DNA of 64,000 nucleotides from a plasmid: sequence record NZ_CP013725.1; one strand, 5' to 3'. Shown piece by piece: positions 59,050 to 64,000 of this stretch (position 1 is its first letter; each line of letters starts with the position of its first letter). The notes under the pieces were generated by a model. It saw only the letters and a program-made list of their open reading frames with translations, ran no database searches and was not told where the DNA came from. The position numbers and the translations under genes were made by a program.

Positions 59050-59622
59050 ATGCTTCACATTATTTTTTCTTATAGTCCACTGACAGACATCGTAATAGAA
59101 CGACCATACAACCTAAAAGACATTGAGCGTTGGAGCAAAGAAGCTGTCCATAGTTTGCCGCAAGATTTTTTGTTTGAATATAACATCGAGCATTATGGCA
59201 ATCGAATTTATTCAAATGGTTCTTGGGAGATTACGAATGAAAGACTTTCTTTAGGAGAGTCTCTTATTCAAAAGTTGACTATGTTTTATGAGGAAGGAAA
59301 GATCTCTGAAGAACAACTAGCTGGTATCTTAGCAATTTTAAAAGAAGCAAAAATTGGTAAAGGAAAGTTTAACGAAGAAAAGCCTGTAAGTAACAAGAAA
59401 GTAGAAAAAAATCAAAAAACTGATTTAAAACCGAATGAAAAAGAAGTGATAGTAAATACAGAGGTGGAGGAAAAAGAAGAACCAAAATTGGAAGAAAAAC
59501 AAACGAATCCAGTCCAAACAAGAAATGATCCTCCAGTAATACCACCGCGAGAAATGGTTTTAGATGAATTGTTTGAAAAAAAGATGAAGAGAATGTTAAG
59601 AAAGAAAATTCAAACCAAATAG
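59050..59622 (+). CDS. Hypothetical protein
   Basis: 190 aa. Lys/Glu-rich C-terminal half. Confidence 0.45.
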   Translation: MLHIIFSYSPLTDIVIERPYNLKDIERWSKEAVHSLPQDFLFEYNIEHYGNRIYSNGSWEITNERLSLGESLIQKLTMFYEEGKISEEQLAGILAILKEAKIGKGKFNEEKPVSNKKVEKNQKTDLKPNEKEVIVNTEVEEKEEPKLEEKQTNPVQTRNDPPVIPPREMVLDELFEKKMKRMLRKKIQTK

Positions 59623-59632
59623 GAAGAAGGGA

Positions 59633-59917
59633 ATGTTTTTGCTTTTAACGAATATGGTAAAAAAATTATCCAAAAATAGTACGATGCAATCTGTCGTCGA
59701 ACCAAATAGTCATCTTTATTTTGTCACTTATTATACTTTAGACGAACTTGGTAACGAAATACTTGCAAATGCGCATTATCAAGCTGTGGATGAATATTTG
59801 GCAGAATCCACTTTCTATCTCAGTAAAAGCATTTTATCAGCGATCATAGAGGAGCTTAACAATCTTCACCAAATGCAAGTAACCATTATCTCTATTATTC
59901 CATTAGGAAATTGGTAA
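59633..59917 (+). CDS. Hypothetical protein
   Basis: 94 aa. Confidence 0.4.
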   Translation: MFLLLTNMVKKLSKNSTMQSVVEPNSHLYFVTYYTLDELGNEILANAHYQAVDEYLAESTFYLSKSILSAIIEELNNLHQMQVTIISIIPLGNW

Positions 59918-59929
59918 GGAGCGTTCGAC

Positions 59930-62074
59930 ATGACGATAGTTATATTGGCAGAAAAACCGAATCAAGCTCTAACATACGCAGAAGCCATGCACCATTTTAA
60001 GAAGCACCGAGGCTTTTATGAAGTTCAAGACGAATTATTTGCAGACCAAACTTTCATTACACATGGTTTGGGGCATTTAGTTGATTTATTTATGCCAGGA
60101 CAATATGATCCGAAATTAAAAAAATGGGATATGACGAATCTTCCGATCTTTCCTGAAACGATCCGTTATTACGTCAAGCCATCTAATCAAGAGCAATTCC
60201 AAATAGTGAAAAAGTTATTGAGCGAGGCAACGACTATTATTATTGCTACGGATTGTGATCGTGAAGGGGAATTAATTGCTCGTGAAATTCTTAATCAAAC
60301 GAAGCTTTCTTTTGAAGGTAAAAACATTCAGCGCTTGTGGATCAATTCGTTAGAAAAAGAGGCTATAAGGGAGGGCTTTCAATCCCTTTGGCATGCTGGC
60401 CATACGTACTTCAAATATGTAGAAGCACAAACGAGACAAAAAAGTGACTGGCTTATTGGGATGAATTTCACACCCCTTTATAGTTTGCTGCTGCAAGAAT
60501 ATGGATCTTTTTCGCAATATCCCATTGGGAGAGTACAAACGCCTACATTAATGATGGTATATAAGCGTGAAAAAGAAATTGAAAATTTTAAGCCAAGAAA
60601 AATGTTTGAGCTCTTCTATGAGAATAAAATGGAGGAACAAAAAATACTCGCTAAGATCAAGACGCATCCGCTATTTGATACCAAAGAAGAAGTGTATGCC
60701 TTTTTGAAAGAGCGCAATATGCGAATAGGTCCTACTGAAGCAACAGTCCTCAATATGGTTGAGAAAGAAGAAAAACATGCTAGCCCATTATTATTCTCAC
60801 TAAGCAATTTACAGATTTTGATGAATAAAAAATTTAAGTATTCTCCTAAAGAAACGCTACAAGGCGTACAAAAGCTATATGAAAAAAAATGGCTTTCTTA
60901 TCCGCGTACAGACTGTACCTTCATCACGCAAAAAGAATTTTCTTACTTAAAAATGAAGCTACAGGAATACAAGGCTTTTGCTCATATAGAAGTTTACACC
61001 CCTAATTTGGAACCAGATTTTCGGTATGTTGATAATCATGAGGTAAACGAACATCACGCTATCATACCAACACGAATCATTCCTTCAGCTGCAGAGTTTT
61101 CTAAATTAACGACACTTGAAAAGCAAATATATACCTGGGTATTGCACGTTACCATAGCGATGTTTGCACCACCAATGCTAATCAAAGAGATAGCGATGGA
61201 TCTTCGTATTGGGGAACTGTTATTTGAAGCTAAAGAGCGGACACCGGTGGATATGGGATGGCGAAAAATAATATTAGGAAATAATCAAAAAGAAAAAATT
61301 TCCCGGCAAAGCCTTTCTAACTTTCATATTGGAGATACTATTCATGGTTTTCTAGGGGGAATAGAAAAGGACAAAAAGCCACCTTCTCCTTTTACAGAAG
61401 GGGCATTAATCCATGCGATGAAAAATGCAGGTAAAAAAGCTGGTCAGTCGAAAGAAATGGGTCTAAAAGTTATGGGGATCGGAACAGAAGCAACAAGAGC
61501 GGACGTCCTCGAAAAACTGAAGAACCAAGACTATTTGAAGTTAACAAAAAACAAGTTATATGTGACAGACAAAGGGAAAGAACTTGGTCGGGTAATTGAA
61601 AATGATCCGCTATTGAGTAATATCGATATGACGGCTTCTTTAGAAACGGCCTTACATTCCATAGGGGAAGGAATTACTACGCAAGAGGAATTTTTGAAGA
61701 ACTTAAAAGGGATGATTCAAAAATATATCCAGAAAAAACCACATGATATTCAGATGATGGCAGGCACAGAGGAGTGGAAAGTGGAACGACACAAGACACA
61801 GCAAGCACTATCTTTAGGTAAATGCCCAAGATGTGGTCATGAAGTATTGGATCGAAACAGTTATATAAGCTGTAGTGCGAAGCGAGGAGAATGCACCTTT
61901 AGTATTTCCAAAGTGATCTGTCAAAAAAAACTCAGTGATAAAACACTACGGTCCCTCTTAAAGAATAGTCGAACAGATCTGATAAAAGGATGGACTGGGA
62001 AAAATGGAAAAATATTTGATGCAGCGCTCGTGATAAATGATGGTAGTTTGAACTTTGAATTTTCGCATATTTAA
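59930..62074 (+). CDS. topB: DNA topoisomerase III (type IA; plasmid TopB)
   Basis: TOPRIM (IIIATDCDREGE), active-site Tyr region and C-terminal Zn-ribbon cysteines (CPRCGH...C). 714 aa. Confidence 0.9.
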   Translation: MTIVILAEKPNQALTYAEAMHHFKKHRGFYEVQDELFADQTFITHGLGHLVDLFMPGQYDPKLKKWDMTNLPIFPETIRYYVKPSNQEQFQIVKKLLSEATTIIIATDCDREGELIAREILNQTKLSFEGKNIQRLWINSLEKEAIREGFQSLWHAGHTYFKYVEAQTRQKSDWLIGMNFTPLYSLLLQEYGSFSQYPIGRVQTPTLMMVYKREKEIENFKPRKMFELFYENKMEEQKILAKIKTHPLFDTKEEVYAFLKERNMRIGPTEATVLNMVEKEEKHASPLLFSLSNLQILMNKKFKYSPKETLQGVQKLYEKKWLSYPRTDCTFITQKEFSYLKMKLQEYKAFAHIEVYTPNLEPDFRYVDNHEVNEHHAIIPTRIIPSAAEFSKLTTLEKQIYTWVLHVTIAMFAPPMLIKEIAMDLRIGELLFEAKERTPVDMGWRKIILGNNQKEKISRQSLSNFHIGDTIHGFLGGIEKDKKPPSPFTEGALIHAMKNAGKKAGQSKEMGLKVMGIGTEATRADVLEKLKNQDYLKLTKNKLYVTDKGKELGRVIENDPLLSNIDMTASLETALHSIGEGITTQEEFLKNLKGMIQKYIQKKPHDIQMMAGTEEWKVERHKTQQALSLGKCPRCGHEVLDRNSYISCSAKRGECTFSISKVICQKKLSDKTLRSLLKNSRTDLIKGWTGKNGKIFDAALVINDGSLNFEFSHI

Positions 62075-62134
62075 GCAAATAAAGAAGCAAGATCAAAAAA
62101 TATTTTTATAGAAAACAAAAGGAATGGAGTGATA

Positions 62135-63268
62135 ATGGTGACTGAAGAACCAAAAAATAAATCTGTTGTTGTCTATAGCGATATTGATTCGATGTTAACA
62201 GATTTGAAAGCGAAAGATGCAGGAAAGCACTTTTCATGCATGTGTCCAGTCTGTGGTAAGGACGGAGAAGGCTACATTTACAAAAACAATCTCAATTTTG
62301 TGTTTTGTAATCGAAAAAATAATTGTGGAGAAACTACTAAAATAGCTTATGAGCGTAAAAATGAACAAACGCTGAAAAAACTACGAATTGAAAAGCGTAA
62401 TGCATCCACTTTATCAGAACTGCAGTATCGAGAATTAGAACACTTTTCTAAGTTAATGAAATATGTTGTGGAGCATACGGCCGGATATGATGATCCTTCT
62501 TGTAATACTTTACGAGGTATTTCTCGTGGTAATTATCTTCCTCATGTTGTTTACTTCCCAGATGATAGAGATCTAAAAAGAATTATTGTAGGGCATCCCA
62601 ACTTATTTAAGAAATATTTACAAAATAAAGAAGGTAAGCCAAGTAATTCACTAATTAAAGATCGAAATGTGATTATCCCTTATTTTGATCAGGATGGTTT
62701 AATTGATCGAGTCTTGCTTAGGCAAGGAGATCCAGAGAAAGTGAAGGAATTGCCACATCTTTCCAATTTAAAAGAAGTAAATTGCTTATTACAGCCACAG
62801 AAACAGCATGCAAAAGACTATTTCCTCAATGTGCAAGAAGAAAATAAAAACGGAATCATCGTTATGGCTGAAACGGCACTGGATACATTATCTTTTAGAG
62901 AAATTGATAAAAATATAGATTATATAGCACCTTCTGGTGTCAATCATTTAAACGGTGTCCTTCAGCACATTGGAGAACATAAAGACAGGTATCAAGACAA
63001 CACCTTTGTGTTAGCGTTTGATGATGACAAGGCCGGTCGAGAAGCGAATATGAAAGTGAAAGAAGTATTGGATGGGTTGTCTATCTCAAGTACTTCTTTT
63101 TCTTATGGTAAAAATAAAACACGGCATCCCTTTAAAAGTGAGGCTAAATATTCGGATCCGAATGATTTTTTACAAAAAAATCGTATTCTATTTGAGCAAT
63201 TTTGGACGGCAACAAAAATGCAAGTAAAAGATAAAGTTGCAAAGAAAGAAGTAGAAAGGGAGCGTTAG
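62135..63268 (+). CDS. Conjugative/plasmid DNA primase (Zn-finger plus TOPRIM)
   Basis: CMCPVCGK...CNRKNNCGE zinc-binding. TOPRIM-like LAFDDDKAGREA. ATG at 62135 after GGAG. Confidence 0.6.
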   Translation: MVTEEPKNKSVVVYSDIDSMLTDLKAKDAGKHFSCMCPVCGKDGEGYIYKNNLNFVFCNRKNNCGETTKIAYERKNEQTLKKLRIEKRNASTLSELQYRELEHFSKLMKYVVEHTAGYDDPSCNTLRGISRGNYLPHVVYFPDDRDLKRIIVGHPNLFKKYLQNKEGKPSNSLIKDRNVIIPYFDQDGLIDRVLLRQGDPEKVKELPHLSNLKEVNCLLQPQKQHAKDYFLNVQEENKNGIIVMAETALDTLSFREIDKNIDYIAPSGVNHLNGVLQHIGEHKDRYQDNTFVLAFDDDKAGREANMKVKEVLDGLSISSTSFSYGKNKTRHPFKSEAKYSDPNDFLQKNRILFEQFWTATKMQVKDKVAKKEVERER

Positions 63269-63269
63269 A

Positions 63270-64000
63270 ATGACTGTAATAGCTAAAAGTCTGTCTACTA
63301 ATCCCTTTAAAAAATTATGGATAACCTGGTGGGACAAAAAAAAGTACATGATTAAGGTAAGGCTTTATCTCCCGTTTGTAAGGGAAGAGAAGCAAGAAAC
63401 CTACATCGATAAAGATGAATTTATTGCCACTACACCAGGACTTTTTATGGTTTTTTGCTTTATGGCATTTGTATTCTATTGTGCTGCAAACTATGTTGCT
63501 GGTATTCTCCTAGCATTTCGAGACAAGATAGCGGCAACAGGACATTTTACGATTGAAGGAGGCATGGAGACACCTAAAGTGGACTCCATGCTTCAATTCC
63601 ATCCAGAATTAAAAACGGTGTACATGATCGCTGCCCTTATGCTTTTAATTGTGAGTATTCGTATGATGACGCTTATCAAAGAAAACTTTGGTAAGATCGC
63701 CAAAGGGCAAAAAGATACGAGTCAACTTACCAGTAATCGCGCTATGTTTCTTCAGTATCGTGCCGTCCCAGAGCGAACTCCAATAAATGAACCGTTAAAA
63801 AAAATATCAGGTGAAGGTGGCGTGGTTGTAGGGAGATACAATTTTCCAGAATGGCAAAAAAAATGGGTCCATATCTTGTCTAGAGGAAAAAAAGATTTAA
63901 TGGATTTAGTCTTTATTGATGATTCTCCAGTCAATAATTTATTGGTTGCAGGTACACGAGGTGGTAAGGGGGAGTCTTGGATAGTACCAACGATTGACTT
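63270..64000 (+). CDS. VirD4/TraG-type type IV coupling protein, 5' partial (runs off the window end)
   Basis: Two N-terminal TM helices then Walker A LLVAGTRGGKGES (compare TraG/VirD4 APTRSGKG). Open to the window end, so not listed in the ORF track. Confidence 0.65.
   Translation, partial: MTVIAKSLSTNPFKKLWITWWDKKKYMIKVRLYLPFVREEKQETYIDKDEFIATTPGLFMVFCFMAFVFYCAANYVAGILLAFRDKIAATGHFTIEGGMETPKVDSMLQFHPELKTVYMIAALMLLIVSIRMMTLIKENFGKIAKGQKDTSQLTSNRAMFLQYRAVPERTPINEPLKKISGEGGVVVGRYNFPEWQKKWVHILSRGKKDLMDLVFIDDSPVNNLLVAGTRGGKGESWIVPTID

Overview
This 64-kb window reads as a mosaic low-GC Firmicute conjugative-plasmid segment, most likely enterococcal or Lactobacillales-like. That placement is an inference from the IS1216-type IS6 element, the WxL/DUF916 surface locus, the TAGTA-type iterons and a cop box.

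The left half (1 to about 30.7 kb) is an accretion zone of metal and stress cargo separated by IS elements, resolvases and gene remnants:
- A P1B-type ATPase without a metal-binding domain (SPC motif) sits next to a complete 808-bp IS1216-like element.
- A frameshifted topB remnant follows.
- A cupin, FetA/FetB-like ABC exporter and Dps module carries a PerR/Fur-like box.
- There is an IS256-family remnant and an lgt remnant.
- A cop-box-controlled HMA chaperone precedes a second MBD-less ATPase with an unusual CPG motif.
- A two-gene SIR2-HerA (Nezha-type) anti-phage module has overlapping genes and is bracketed by a full resolvase gene and a degenerate direct copy of that resolvase's 3' end.
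- A staphylococcal-like copB-mco operon has its mco 3' end cut by the terminal inverted repeat of a Tn3-family, Tn5422-like transposon (tnpA, tnpR, cadC, cadA; 38-bp IRs at 20424 and 26872; no target-site duplication).
- The transposon's other end abuts a 5'-truncated SNF2-type helicase gene.

The right half carries plasmid backbone and accessory functions:
- An HTH regulator is tightly coupled to an unknown 323-aa protein.
- Two frameshifted small lipoprotein genes follow.
- An AT-rich orphan ORF sits beside a resolvase.
- A yolD and Y-family polymerase operon has two Cheo/LexA boxes.
- A parA and parB-adaptor cassette is flanked by two clusters of ACATACTACC/GGTAGTATGT iterons, with a ~170-bp tandem duplication in the upstream cluster.
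- A Rep initiator with a PriCT-like domain follows.
- A ~500-nt promoter-to-terminator noncoding leader precedes an unknown gene.
- A GC-rich structured noncoding island contains an AGTGCGC nic-like motif.
- A four-gene WxL/DUF916/MucBP surface-complex locus follows.
- Directly downstream is a compact Tad/Flp-like pilus or secretion locus (CpaF-like ATPase, TadB-like and TadC-like proteins, small pilin-like proteins).
- The window ends with a CPBP protease, an intact topoisomerase III, a TOPRIM primase and the 5' part of a VirD4/TraG-type coupling protein.

No CRISPR array, rRNA or tRNA was seen.
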